Positions 52,442-63,476 of a stretch of 64,000 bases of DNA are shown here, in pieces; position 1 is the first letter of the stretch; every line of letters begins with the position of its first letter. This stretch comes from Naegleria gruberi (lineage: Eukaryota). Below the pieces are notes generated by a model. That model saw nothing but the letters and a program-made list of their open reading frames with translations, had not been told where the DNA came from and ran no database searches. The DNA is taken from assembly GCA_000004985.1 (NCBI GenBank), contig GG738928.1. One strand, written 5' to 3'. The position numbers and the translations under genes were made by a program.

Positions 52442-53553
52442 TTATTGCATATACCAACCATGTGAAACAATCATTGATTGACCAGTTAAAGCATTAGTTG
52501 GATGTGAAGCAAAGAATAAAGTAGCTTGAGCAACATCATCAATTGTAGTAAATTCACCATCAACAGTGTCTTTTAACATGATATTCTTAACAACTTCTTG
52601 TTCACTAATGCCCAATTCCTTAGCTTGTTCTGGAATTTGCTTTTCAACAAGAGGAGTCAAAACGAAACCTGGACAAATAACGTTGGCACTAACACCCTTC
52701 TTAGCACCTTCCTTAGCAACAGCACGACACAAACCCAAAACACCATGTTTAGCAGAAACGTATGGAGCCTTCAATGGAGAAGCAAGCTTTGAGTGAACTG
52801 AACCAATATAGATAATCTTACCATACTTTTGTTCGTACATTTGCTTCAAAGCTTCACGAGTACACAAGAAAGCAGCATCCAAATGAACAGAAACAATCTT
52901 TCTCCAATTATCAAAACTCAATTTGTCAACTGGGTCAATATGTTGAACACCAGCATTACAAATTACAACGTCGATTGGCTTACCGAAATGCTTCTTAATA
53001 GCTTCATAGGTTTCAGTAACAACTTGTTCCTTGGTAACATCCATACCAACAGCCAAGTGTTGTGTAGCATTGTCAAGACCAGCAACAGTTGCTTGAGCAG
53101 CAGCCAAGTTCAAATCTCCAACAACGACTTTACCTCCTTCTTTAGCAAATAATTGAGCAATACCCTTTCCGATACCACTTCCAGCACCTATTATTATTAA
53201 TTGATGATGAATATTAATTATAATTATTAGTATGAGTATTATTATTAATAGTAATATTTTAATATAATCAACAAGTAGCAACGTGATTAATAGATGAGGA
53301 AAATAATAGATGAATATTATAATAGATGAAAAAACATATAATTGTACGACAGATACAAACGATCAAAGTTTTAAAACAATCCAATCCTTTAAAAAAACTT
53401 ACCAGTAACGAGACAAACCTTTCCTTCCAACTTTCCAGCCATTGGATTTTGGGAAGTAGAGAAGAGTCTTTGGGAGGCAGCCAAATTAAATTGTGGAGCA
53501 GTGGAGGATCTGAAGGCGAGTCTTTGAGATTGAGCAAGGGCGCGTTTGAACAT
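52442..53553 (-). CDS. bdhA-like: D-beta-hydroxybutyrate dehydrogenase (bacterial BdhA-type SDR) with mitochondrial-type presequence, 2 exons: join(52442..53187,53403..53553)
   Basis: Exon 1 encodes 'MFKRALAQSQRLAFRSSTAPQFNLAASQRLFSTSQNPMAGKLEGKVCLVT'. The 215-bp AT-rich intron runs GTAAGT...AATAG. The splice yields 'LVTGGAGSGIGKGIA'. The catalytic region is 'SVHSKLASPLKAPYVSAKHGVLGL'. Confidence 0.75.
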
Positions 53554-53852
53554 TTTTTCTGTTTTGAAAAAAAAGCGAAAATAAAACGCGAAAGTGTCAA
53601 AAAGGTGAATTGAGGTTGGTGGTTGAATTATTCATGTGTGTTTAAGCTGTTAGCTTGCAGTGAATTGGAATTCTAATTTGGAAATGTGGATTTTCTTGTG
53701 AGGTGGAGCTCGGTTATTATTCAAATGTTATTAAAGAATAGTAGTATGGAAGTTGTGTGACAGTGTTCACGTAATATTTTTACAATCATGTTCAATACTG
53801 TTACAGTAATGGAGTAATAATAATTGAAAATATTTTTTATAGTTTAGTAAGG

Positions 53853-55034
53853 TTACAAAATTTTCTTAAGCTCATCTTGTTGTGCAGTAGTGAGACTAGT
53901 TGGGAAAATGACATTGAATTCAATGTGAAGATCACCCCTTTGAGCTGGGTTTTCCTTTCTTGGCATACCTTCACCCTTTACAACTCTAATACTGTTTGGT
54001 TTGATGACGTTATCAATCTTAATTTGTAAATTTCTGTCATCCAAATGTTTGATAATTTTGGTGAGTCCAGTCAAACTTTCCTTCAAAGAAATATCCATCT
54101 TCATCTTTAAATCGTCACCAACTCTAGTAAATGTAGAGTGTTCCTTAGTCTTGACAATAAAGATCAAATCACCACTACGATGAGATCTGGTAGCATCACC
54201 TTCACCATAGAAAATGATTTCTTCACCATCTCTCATACCTCTATCAATTTGTATCGTTAATGCAGTAGCCTTTTGAACAACATCGAAACGATTCTTACAT
54301 TCTTCACAATTATTTTCAGTCATTCTCTTCATAACACCATTGATAACCATCATTCTGATAACCTTATTTCTACATTCACATTTCTTTGGTTGAGAATTTC
54401 CTTCATGAGCAGTTCTAACTCTCTTAAAGTTCATAAGTCTACCATTGTAGAGATTTTCCAAAGTAACTTCGAGTGGGATTCTCAAATCTTGACCCTTGAA
54501 TTCATCTTCTTCTTCTTGTCCATCATTACCTCCACCAAAATTGAAATGGAAACCACCACCTCCACCAAAGAATTCAGAGAAAATATCCATTCCTCCCATT
54601 CCACCACCAGGATGACCTCCTCTTTCTTGTTGTTTTAATCCTTCTTCTCCATATCTATCATAAACTTGTCTCTTTTTTTCATCGGATAAGACTTCATAGG
54701 CATGTGAAATTTGGGCATACTTTTTTTGAGCATCAGCCTTATCATCACCCTTGTATCTATCAGGGTGATATTTCATTGTCAACTTTTTAAATGCTCGTTT
54801 AATTTGGTCTTGAGCAGCATTCTTTGGAACGTGTAAAGTTTCATAAAGATCAGCAGCTAAACAACTACCAATAAACAAAATACAACAACACAATACAAGA
54901 AGGAGAGAAAATCTAATAGATGATGATCTTCGGGAAGTAGTCATTGTTTGATGATGAAAATTTCCGCCACCTGTTGAGAAGGAATTCATTTTTTTTCTCT
55001 TTGCTTTTTTGCAAAGAGTTTTCATTCCGAACAC
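53853..55034 (-). CDS. DnaJ/Hsp40 chaperone (type I/II, ER-luminal Scj1/ERdj3-like with signal peptide); true start probably an internal Met (about 54944)
   Basis: The J-domain is 'DLYETLHVPKNAAQDQIKRAFKKLTMKYHPDRYK'. It is followed by a Gly-rich region, a partial CxxC zinc-finger region and a C-terminal substrate-binding domain. The N-terminal hydrophobic segment is 'FSLLLVLCCCILFIGSCLA'. Confidence 0.8.
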   Translation of the reverse strand: MFGMKTLCKKAKRKKMNSFSTGGGNFHHQTMTTSRRSSSIRFSLLLVLCCCILFIGSCLAADLYETLHVPKNAAQDQIKRAFKKLTMKYHPDRYKGDDKADAQKKYAQISHAYEVLSDEKKRQVYDRYGEEGLKQQERGGHPGGGMGGMDIFSEFFGGGGGFHFNFGGGNDGQEEEDEFKGQDLRIPLEVTLENLYNGRLMNFKRVRTAHEGNSQPKKCECRNKVIRMMVINGVMKRMTENNCEECKNRFDVVQKATALTIQIDRGMRDGEEIIFYGEGDATRSHRSGDLIFIVKTKEHSTFTRVGDDLKMKMDISLKESLTGLTKIIKHLDDRNLQIKIDNVIKPNSIRVVKGEGMPRKENPAQRGDLHIEFNVIFPTSLTTAQQDELKKIL

Positions 55035-55211
55035 GTGTCCTTTTCATTGATTTTTGTTACCTTGATGATGGTGGAAATATGGATATATGTTTAATAGATT
55101 ACGATTGTTAATAATTGTTTTTAGTATCTTGAAGAAGATGGTAAGGATTTGTTTCTTTGGAAGAAAGATGTTCGTCAGCATTTGATAGTGATGAAGAGTT
55201 GGAAAGAAGAA

Positions 55212-56701
55212 AATGAGTCAACAGCAACAACAGGACTTGGTGGAGGAATTTAAAAAGATTGCCGATCGTTTGAAAAAGTAAGTGATTTGTTGGAGTGGTG
55301 TGATTTTGGAACAAGGTGATTTATAATTATCTATTATAATTTGGAATTTATATCGGATGGAAATTATCAAACATAATTAATATTAAATCGTTAATTAATA
55401 ATATAAAATTATCTGCCACATGTGATCAATTAATTAAATAATAGAAAGATGTTTAGGAAAATACCCTACGATCAAATCTCTGAACAATATGCAAACTTTT
55501 CCCTTCATCTTCAAAGAACTGGACAAAAACATTATACAGCAGTTTCAATGTTGTGTGCTGCCAAGTAAGTTTTCTAGCCTAATAACTCTTGGAAAATAAC
55601 ATCTATACTAGTGCTGAGAAGTTGAACAAGACACCACTCAATGCAGCCTTCTTTTACGTCTACTCGGGAAGAATCTTCTCGGATCAGGCTTGTAGTGAAA
55701 ACTTAATTCAATACTTTACAGCAGAGGAATTCATATCCGAAGCAATTGATGCTTTTAGAGAAGCTATAGAGGTTTGTTTCACAATGAGCTTGAATTAATT
55801 TATATTAATAATTATTAAATTTATATTATTACATGATGATAATATTAAAATTTATTGAATGAATTAATCCTATCAATTAATTGTATCGGACTGGCTTTAA
55901 TATTAAATTGACCATAATTTTGGATTGAATATTTACAATGATCATTCATGATAATAGATATACGATTCCAATGGAGTTTATTCAATGTGTGCTTCATTAT
56001 GTTTTGAAGTGGCTCATGTTCTTAAAGTTTTAGGAAAATATAGTGAGAGTTCACACTTTTATTCGAAATGTTACTTTTACACTGTAAAACAGGGAAAACT
56101 AGGAGAAGAACACTACGATTCTTCAGATGTAGATTATTTATCAAATTTATCATTGAGTAGAGATACTTCTCATTCGATGGAATTGAATGCACTTCAAAAT
56201 GCTATTGATTGTCTATTGGAAATTAAGGATTTTGAAATGGCTGTTTTGAGAATTAAGATTTATATTGGTATTTTGGAGGAGAGAATTGATGCCTTTTCAA
56301 ATCCATACACTTCAGATCATTCTACAAAAGTTCCAGAGTGGAGGCCAATATTTAAAATCTACATTAGACAATGGATGGATACACAAATAACGTTACTTCT
56401 AGTTTTATTATTACAAAAGAGAAAGGAAGAAGCAACTGAAGTATTCGAGACACTGACAAATAACGGAGATGGAGATAATTGGATTTCGAGTGAATTTCCA
56501 TTTTTCAATGAAAATGTATTACCAATTTTAGAGGCCCTTAAGGAAAATTGTCTGTGTGACAATATTGATGGAATTGAACAAGTCATTTCACAAGAATTAC
56601 AATTCTGTGTTACTGAGCAACAACAAACTCTGCTCAATATTTTGAAACACACCTATGAAAATCCACTTTTCATGGACATTTTGGAAAAGAAAGGTGAATA
56701 A
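55212..56701 (+). CDS. SNAP (soluble NSF attachment protein, gamma-like) TPR protein, 4 exons: join(55212..55276,55445..55564,55612..55771,55958..56701)
   Basis: Spliced segments 'AEEFISEAIDAFREAIE|IYDSNGVYSMCASLCFEVAHVLK' parallel gamma-SNAP 'PEAVQLIEKASMMYLENGTPDTAAMALERAGKLIE'. Introns of 168, 47 and 186 bp have GT donors and consistent phases. The family call is moderate. Confidence 0.5.
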
Positions 56702-56712
56702 ACTATTTACAA

Positions 56713-57576
56713 TTACATGGACTCATAATAGGAGGCAATAATAGTTACGAGAGCCTTATTATGCTCCTCTTTTGGGAAAATTCTCGATTCGAATCCTTCT
56801 ATTGCCTTCCTTGAAATTATATGTTCTACTGTACAACCATTATCATTCAGCACTTGAAATACTTCACTAATAGTATTTGGTGCAGATAATTGATTTGAAG
56901 TTTTGGAATTCAAACCTTCACAATTTACAAAGCTCACTAATTTGAACTTGTCAAATCCAACACTGACTGATGCAAATTTTTTCTTTCTCGTTAATAAAAA
57001 TTGGATAGCTTCTGACATTTCCATGAATGAAAAGTAAGAAGCTTCAATACTCAATCTTTGTAATAAATTTAAATCATTGGTTGGTAGACATTGTTTCATT
57101 TCATTCTTATCCAACATTCGCATACAATCCAAAACATATTTAAATAATTCGGGATTTCTATCAATGAAAATATTATTCTTCTTTCTCTGTTGATTTATAA
57201 TAAGTGGTTCATTAAAAATCATAGATGGATTCGAATAGAAAGCATCCGAAATTGTAGCTCCATTAATACTTCCAATCGGAGAAGTGACCCCACTCAATGG
57301 AGAAACAGATAACGATCCACCTCCACTAAAAACATTTAATAAATTATTCGATTGTTGTTGCTGATGATGAAAATGCAGCTGCTGCTGTTGCGAATATTGA
57401 TGCTGCTGAGATTCGTGGAACCGAAAGTGAGCTGAAAAGTAACATTCATATCGACTCAGGGTTTCACGAAGGGCCTGAAACACTGTTCCTCCTACATTGA
57501 TGGTAATAATGTCGTCATCTTGTTGATCAGCCACATCGAATTGGTTAACAAAGAGATTGGGAGATGTGACTGACAT
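56713..57576 (-). CDS. BTB/POZ (KCTD/T1-type) domain protein with Gln-rich insert
   Basis: 'IITINVGGTVFQALRETLSRY...YFSAHF' and 'IFIDRNPELFKYVLDCMR' are the two halves of a T1/BTB fold. They are split by a polyQ/His stretch. Confidence 0.55.
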   Translation of the reverse strand: MSVTSPNLFVNQFDVADQQDDDIITINVGGTVFQALRETLSRYECYFSAHFRFHESQQHQYSQQQQLHFHHQQQQSNNLLNVFSGGGSLSVSPLSGVTSPIGSINGATISDAFYSNPSMIFNEPLIINQQRKKNNIFIDRNPELFKYVLDCMRMLDKNEMKQCLPTNDLNLLQRLSIEASYFSFMEMSEAIQFLLTRKKKFASVSVGFDKFKLVSFVNCEGLNSKTSNQLSAPNTISEVFQVLNDNGCTVEHIISRKAIEGFESRIFPKEEHNKALVTIIASYYESM

Positions 57577-57801
57577 GTTTTAATAATATTGAATTTTTTT
57601 AAGTTGCAGCTACTGTAGGAACAAAGATGGTTTGACAGATTGATGATGACACTCCGAATGAGACATGCAATTATCCTTATGAACTCACCAGTTGTGAACG
57701 AATGACTTGGTTGGGAACGTGACAGAACTTTGCCTTATTTAAAAGAAAAAGCATCAATTCTATTGTACAAAAGAGTAAAGTTGATAACATCAACATGAAC
57801 T

Positions 57802-57874
57802 GCTGGCGTAGCTCAGTCGGTAGAGCGTTGGTCTAATAAGCCATTGGTCGCCGGTTCGATCCCGTCCGTCAGCA
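57802..57874 (+). tRNA. tRNA-Ile (AAT)
   Basis: GCTGGCGTAGCTCAGTCGGTAGAGCGTTGGTCTAATAAGCCATTGGTCGCCGGTTCGATCCCGTCCGTCAGCA. The anticodon loop CTAATAA gives anticodon AAT, and the sequence is close to the canonical eukaryotic tRNA-Ile(AAU). Confidence 0.85.
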
Positions 57875-57910
57875 TAAGTTTTATTTATAATAAAAAGCAA
57901 AGATTTTTAT

Positions 57911-58138
57911 TTATGCTCTTTGTCTAAACAACATATTTACAGTTGATTCTTGTTGAATATTATAATCCATCAATGTTCTCTTATCTTCCATTTCCTTTCC
58001 TGAGAATAACAAACGTTGCTCCGTTGTTGGGACACCTCCCTCATTAGCAATTTTTTCTTTCAATTTCTCAATAGTATCGTTGGTCTCAACATCAACACTA
58101 AATTCCTGTCCATAGAGTGGTTTAATCTTTAATTGCAT
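57911..58138 (-). CDS. Small ubiquitin-like protein (single UBL domain, no C-terminal GG)
   Basis: 'MQLKIKPLYGQEFSVDVETNDTIEKLKEKIANEGGVPTTEQRLLFSGKEMEDKRTLMDYNIQQESTVNM' has the ubiquitin-fold signature and resembles UBL4A/NEDD8-like proteins. Confidence 0.55.
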   Translation of the reverse strand: MQLKIKPLYGQEFSVDVETNDTIEKLKEKIANEGGVPTTEQRLLFSGKEMEDKRTLMDYNIQQESTVNMLFRQRA

Positions 58139-58477
58139 TCTTTTTTTGTTTTGATTTCAAACTGTTTTCAAACAATTTAGAGAGTTAAATAGTTTTTCAA
58201 GTAATTGATATTTTTAAACTGTCGTGTGAAAAGGGTTACATGAATTTTTGTAAAGGTATTGAAAATGAATGAATGATTATAATTTTTACTATTACCAAAG
58301 TTCAACTGCATATACTTATAGAATCCAAAGAATATTTTATCTTTCCTTAGGTCACAACACTATCAAAAACCTTATTTCTATGTAACATTTCCAAGTGGTT
58401 TCCACTTAGTCTTCCTTCCAATTCCCTTCCAATCACAAGTAAAAAATATTAAATTTTAATTAATAAATAAAAAAAAA

Positions 58478-58921
58478 ATGGTCAGCTTCAGGATTGTATT
58501 TGGGCTTCTTGTTGCCGTTGCTGCAGGTGTATCGATCGGAGTCATGTTGGCAATTATTGGATGTGCTGTTACATGGGGAGGAGTTGAACATCCAGAAAAT
58601 TGGTTTGCACTAATCACGGTGCTTTGTTATATAATTGCACCTTTCCCAGATATTATTGCAAGAGCCTTCTCATCAAGATTTGAAAAGGAAGATCCTGAAG
58701 ATGCCACAGTGTGGGAACATTTCGGAGCCTTCTTGACATCATTTATTGCTACTATCGGATTAGGATTATTATTTGTTTTGGCCCATACTGGAATTATTCA
58801 ATGGGAAACATTTGCTTTTGAAATTTCAGGAGGAATTGTCATTGTAGCAACACTCTTTATCAGTTTCCTTGTTTTTACAATTGCCAAACGTAGAGAAGAT
58901 GCCGAAAATTATACCTATTAA
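58478..58921 (+). CDS. Vps55/LEPROT (OB-RGRP) family four-TM protein
   Basis: 147 aa with four hydrophobic helices. 'ALITVLCYIIAPFPDIIARAF' resembles Vps55 'LLAPIPNTI'. Confidence 0.5.
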   Translation: MVSFRIVFGLLVAVAAGVSIGVMLAIIGCAVTWGGVEHPENWFALITVLCYIIAPFPDIIARAFSSRFEKEDPEDATVWEHFGAFLTSFIATIGLGLLFVLAHTGIIQWETFAFEISGGIVIVATLFISFLVFTIAKRREDAENYTY

Positions 58922-59066
58922 CCTTAACGTCGATTCATTTGCTTTTTGTATTTGTATATTGTTGTAATCATGATATTATTATTATTGGATTAATATTATT
59001 GTAGAATTGATAATTCAATGATATTATATATTGAGAAATTAATGAAAAACAAAATTTTAATTTATT

Positions 59067-59808
59067 ATGAACGTGTTCAAAGTTCTTTTTAGTAAATCCC
59101 AAAATACAAATGAACTTGGAAAAAAAATGGGACAAAGTCAAAACCAATCTTTGTCTTCCTTAGACAACAAGAGCAAGAACATCAATACACTTCCACAGCC
59201 GCAACATGATGAGGGAAGTAGTATTGTTGATTTGAGTAGTGTAGCACAACTTCCGGATGAAGTTTTGGAGCAAGTGCTATTCTTTCTGGACCATAAATCA
59301 TTGATGCGATTGAGGGTATCATGTAAATCATTTTCTGAAAAGATTGTCTATAGGAAAATTATCGATACAAACAAGATATTGAAGCCAACACATGATAATC
59401 AGGATGATTTGTACCATTATGAGTCTTTACAGATATCTGATATGGCTAATGTGATTGGATTTCATGTTAGTGTTTTGTCTCATGATCAGGGATGGGCATC
59501 TGTAAGTATTTGAATATATTGTCGTAATATTAAGCACAAAAAAGGTTGGAGGATCTTATACTTGGGGAGAAATGTCATTCTTGGAGAAATCAACTAAGAA
59601 GGAGCTCACTCCAAGGATTAGAATTTTCACTGGAAAGGCAGCAACCAAGCAGTTTGAAAAGTATCAAAAATTTGTACATAAAGGAGAAATTGAGGGGTTT
59701 GAAAAGCTTGGTCCAAATCCATGTATTGGCATTTGGGCTCGTTCCTGTTATGCATGTTGGGAGTGTTATATGGGTGGTGCTCATGTTGGAGTAATTTATC
59801 TCAAATAA
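59067..59808 (+). CDS. F-box protein, 2 exons: join(59067..59501,59545..59808)
   Basis: The F-box is 'LPDEVLEQVLFFLDHKSLMRLRVSCKSFSEKI'. The 43-bp intron GTAAGT...AAAAAG leaves both exons in phase 0. Confidence 0.55.
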
Positions 59809-59827
59809 CCAATTTATATCTGAATAT

Positions 59828-61099
59828 CTAGTTATCATACAATGAATATGATAAGCATTTGAATGAAATATCATAATAAACAGAAGATTGTAAACTCTCA
59901 CACAATCTTATTCTGAAAAGTTGTAAACCTTGTTTTGAGAATAATAGTATTGGATTGTGGGTCTTTCTATATACAAACATGTTTTCTGACCCTTCCACAC
60001 TGAAATACTTATTCTCTGTCTCGATGATATTCAAATTTTTCATCTTGATATTGTGTCTTTTTAGTTTCATTCTCTGAATATTATCAACATGCACATTTCC
60101 AAAGACTATATGAAATGAGGGTGTTGAAATAACTCCATACAACCCAAAAGCATTCACTGATACAATATTTGGTAAAGAAATATCTATTTGATAATAAGTG
60201 TCATTATATCTTGTAAATACCTGAATATCGCCTCTTGCCCAAACTGTTCCATTCTCCAAAAGAGCAATGCTGAAAAAGTAACTTCCCACAAGTTGCTTAA
60301 TTGGGCTAATCTTTTCAAATGGTGTAGAAATATATTCCAATGATGAATTATCCTCCAATAATTTTAAATATCTATTCTCAGAATCAATGATGACATGGTT
60401 GTATGGGGAGAATAATTTAGCAATTTTAACAAAAGTTGGTATTTTGAAAGTTTGTGCTTGAGGTCTTGAGTACAAGTACAATGTAGAGGGTTCGTCCTCT
60501 TTCACAAAACAGATTTCATCACTATACATGGTTGCTGAAATCATTTCAATCTGACGACTCATCAACTCCAGCTTTTCCCAGCAATAAGGTACTCTAAATG
60601 ATTTATGAAAACCGTACAAACTCCCATCACTCATTTCAAATATTGTGTCCTTAGCACTGCCACACAATATTCTATTAAATTCGACTCCATTTCTCTCTTT
60701 TCCATTAAATAATTCCTCAAATGAAACCAACACCCACTTTAAGGTACACAACATGTAGAAATAATCCCTTATTCCATCAATAAAGAATAATCGATATCGA
60801 CTCGTAGCATGAATCAAACTCACAGTCCATGGTGCTTTCGGATCTTGCTTGCTCCTTTCTAACTGTTCACACTTTAGCAGTTTATCATTTGATAGCACCA
60901 CTCGTTGACATTTAGTATCGGAATCATCATCATCATTTTCATAATAAATATCATCAAAGTCTTCTTCATCATCATCATCAGAATCCGCAATGTTGAGATC
61001 AGCTAAATCTCCATAATACCAAAATCCATATTTTTCCTCTTCATCAGTGACGTATTCTTGGTAATCATCATTAAATTCTTCATCAACTTGTGGAGTCAT
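59828..61099 (-). CDS. Hypothetical 423-aa protein with acidic N-terminus
   Basis: Long ORF with an acidic stretch 'DSDDDDEEDFDDIYYENDDDDSD' and no recognised domain. Confidence 0.4.
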   Translation of the reverse strand: MTPQVDEEFNDDYQEYVTDEEEKYGFWYYGDLADLNIADSDDDDEEDFDDIYYENDDDDSDTKCQRVVLSNDKLLKCEQLERSKQDPKAPWTVSLIHATSRYRLFFIDGIRDYFYMLCTLKWVLVSFEELFNGKERNGVEFNRILCGSAKDTIFEMSDGSLYGFHKSFRVPYCWEKLELMSRQIEMISATMYSDEICFVKEDEPSTLYLYSRPQAQTFKIPTFVKIAKLFSPYNHVIIDSENRYLKLLEDNSSLEYISTPFEKISPIKQLVGSYFFSIALLENGTVWARGDIQVFTRYNDTYYQIDISLPNIVSVNAFGLYGVISTPSFHIVFGNVHVDNIQRMKLKRHNIKMKNLNIIETENKYFSVEGSENMFVYRKTHNPILLFSKQGLQLFRIRLCESLQSSVYYDISFKCLSYSLYDN

Positions 61100-61184
61100 T
61101 TTTTTTAAATAAATATTTAAATTTTCATTGTAAAATTTATTGTAATGTTGTTAGAATTAATGATTGATCAAGGTTTTCTCTGAT

Positions 61185-61757
61185 TTAGTCGCTGTGTTTC
61201 AATTGTTTATTCAACTTTTGAACACAATTCATCAAGGACAATAATAAATCGTTCATTTCTTCTAAAGTTTCCTTCAACCCATTCTTATTCGAAACTACTT
61301 GTTTCTTACTGATTGTTGCATTATTCCTTATTGAATTCTTCTTCTCTTCCATACTAATTGATTGAACATATTTTCGAGCCTCCCTCTCCAACTCTCCACT
61401 CTCAATTCGTTTCTCCAATTCTGAAGTAAATTGCGAAAGGCTCATCTTTCTCTTCTTATTCATTTGTTCAATTAATTGTAGTGGAGGTGTTGAATTCATT
61501 TGTGTCTTCTTCTTCATCTTCTTATTCACCACCCGATCATGATCATCGAGGCTTTTTTCTTCATGATCATCATCTTGTTCATCATCATTTTCTGATGAAT
61601 CTTCATCTCCGAGAATAATTTCTTCTTCATCATCATCGTCATCGTCATCATCTTGGAAGGAAATTCTTTTTCGCTTGGAATCTGAAAAGCCTTTGAGAAT
61701 TTTTTTTTGATTTTTTTTTAAATATTAAGGAACATTGTAAGCTTTACCTTTTTGCAT
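61185..61757 (-). CDS. Small acidic/basic (nuclear-type) protein, 2 exons: join(61185..61681,61748..61757)
   Basis: Exon 1 'MQK' plus the partial codon 'G' is followed by a 66-bp GTAAAG...TTTTCAG intron. Exon 2 encodes 'DSKRKRISFQDDDDDDDDEEE...KKMKKKTQ...'. The start-codon choice is tentative. Confidence 0.3.
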
Positions 61758-61865
61758 TTTTTTTTGTAGTTGTGTTGGCGATTGAACATATCGGGCGCTA
61801 TTCTAAACTACAGACGAATCCGATAGAGCAAATTTCATGCTAGCCATTGTAACTTTACAAAAAAA

Positions 61866-62357
61866 ATGTCTCTTCTCCAACTTGACAATGAAACTCTGCT
61901 GATCGTCTTTTCCTTTCTCACATTGAATCAGGCAAGGAATATTTTCCAACTCAATCACGCCATCAATAAAATCACAGAACAATCTCTCAATTTTTGGACT
62001 CGATTAACACTAAATTACGATCAACAAGCCAGCAGACAATGTCAAATTAGTTCAATTTCGAATATAGATAATGTTTCGTCTATTAGGGATTGTAAAGTGA
62101 CAATTAAACGAATTAAAAGATTGAAAAAATCACACTGTGCAGCAACATTATCAAGAAGGAACAAATTTAAACGAACACTTCAGAGTCTTATTCAGGATAG
62201 AAATGATTGTGCATTTATTATTCAAACAACGAGAGAAGTGTTTCGAATAGGAACATTGAAGGAGGATATTCAAATATCCAATGATAGAATTGCAGCAGTT
62301 TCACTTTCCATTAGTAGGGAACAAGAGAAAATTAATAGTATAAATTCGGATTATTAG
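61866..62357 (+). CDS. Small F-box-like protein (163 aa)
   Basis: 'LDNETLLIVFSFLTLNQARNIFQLNHAINKI' is F-box-like. Confidence 0.4.
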   Translation: MSLLQLDNETLLIVFSFLTLNQARNIFQLNHAINKITEQSLNFWTRLTLNYDQQASRQCQISSISNIDNVSSIRDCKVTIKRIKRLKKSHCAATLSRRNKFKRTLQSLIQDRNDCAFIIQTTREVFRIGTLKEDIQISNDRIAAVSLSISREQEKINSINSDY

Positions 62358-62475
62358 AATTATTGAAGAATTTCATTACTGTTCGAAGAAAGACTATGCG
62401 AAATGATTCGACTACTTTCAGCCGAATCCTATTCGAATCTCTGGTTCTTTAAACATGTTTAAATAGCAAAAAAAA

Positions 62476-63476
62476 ATGGAGAGTCAAAACCCTTCTTCCA
62501 CATCTTCATCCACTTCTTCATCCTATCGAATAATCAAGGAATTAGGTAAAGGAGCCTCGGGACTTGTTGTTTTAGCTTTAAACCCAACAACGGAAGAACA
62601 AGTTGCCATCAAGCAAATTCTCTGTAAAGATGAGTATGATTTTAATATTGCCATGAAAGTATGTTTTCCATCATTTATACGATATCAATATCACAATATT
62701 AACTTTCGAATATAATAATTTAAATTTAAATTCCCATTAAAAAATTATAAATCAATTGTTTGGAACTTGAAATAGGAAGCTTGGCCATTGAGAAAGTTAG
62801 ATCATGAAAGTTTGTGTTCCATCAAGGATATTTACTTTGAAAAGATTGATTTCCATGGGATGGAATGTTACAATGTTAATTTAGTGATGGAATATTACAA
62901 AAATGGAGATTTTAGTGTTTTCCTAAAGAGGAGATGTACGAAAGAGAAACAATTGCTGAGTACGAGTGAGATTTTGGAATTTATGAGGCAGATTGCTGAG
63001 GGAATTGATTATTTGCATGAGAGAAATTTAATGCATAGGTAAGGAAATTAGAATAGTATTTTTGATTATATTCGAAATTTAGAGATTTGAAACCTCAAAA
63101 TATTTTTGTAACAGATGAAAATTCATTGAAAATTGGAGATTTTGGACTCATGAAGNNNNNNNNNNNNNNNNNNNNNNNNNNNNNNNNNNNNNNNNNNNNN
63201 NNNNNNNNNNNNNNNNNNNNNNNNNNNNNNNNNNNNNNNNNNNNNNNNNNNNNNNNNNNNNNCAAGTTGATAGTGGGAATGTTGGAGGTAGATCCGAAGA
63301 AACGACCAACATCAAAAGAGCTTGTACAAATGATTCGAAATATGATTGAAGGAAAGTCACTGGGCTGGGAAGAAAGTAGTGGAAATGAGGATTCTTCCAC
63401 TTTAAGAAAAAGGAGAGTTGCCATCACGGTATCAAAAACAGCACTCACACCCATTCAGAAATTATTTTACAGTTCA
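62476..63476 (+). CDS. Ser/Thr protein kinase, at least 3 exons: join(62476..62658,62776..63038,63083..about 63476), interrupted by an assembly gap at 63156..63262
   Basis: The Gly loop is 'LGKGASGLVVLA' and the VAIK lysine 'VAIKQI' is present. The splice at 'MHR|DLKPQNIFV' restores the catalytic loop HRDLKPQN. The DFG motif is 'DFGLMK'. After the gap, subdomain XI reads 'LIVGMLEVDPKKRPTSKELVQMI'. Introns are 117 and 44 bp. Confidence 0.7.
63156..63262. other. Assembly gap (run of about 107 N)
   Basis: Contiguous N characters inside the kinase gene. Confidence 0.95.

Noticed and set aside
52566-53152. Plus-strand ORFs of 64-107 aa
   Set aside because: They are antisense to the 3-hydroxybutyrate dehydrogenase exon 2.
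54001-54638. Plus-strand ORFs of 60 and 121 aa
   Set aside because: They are antisense to the DnaJ gene.
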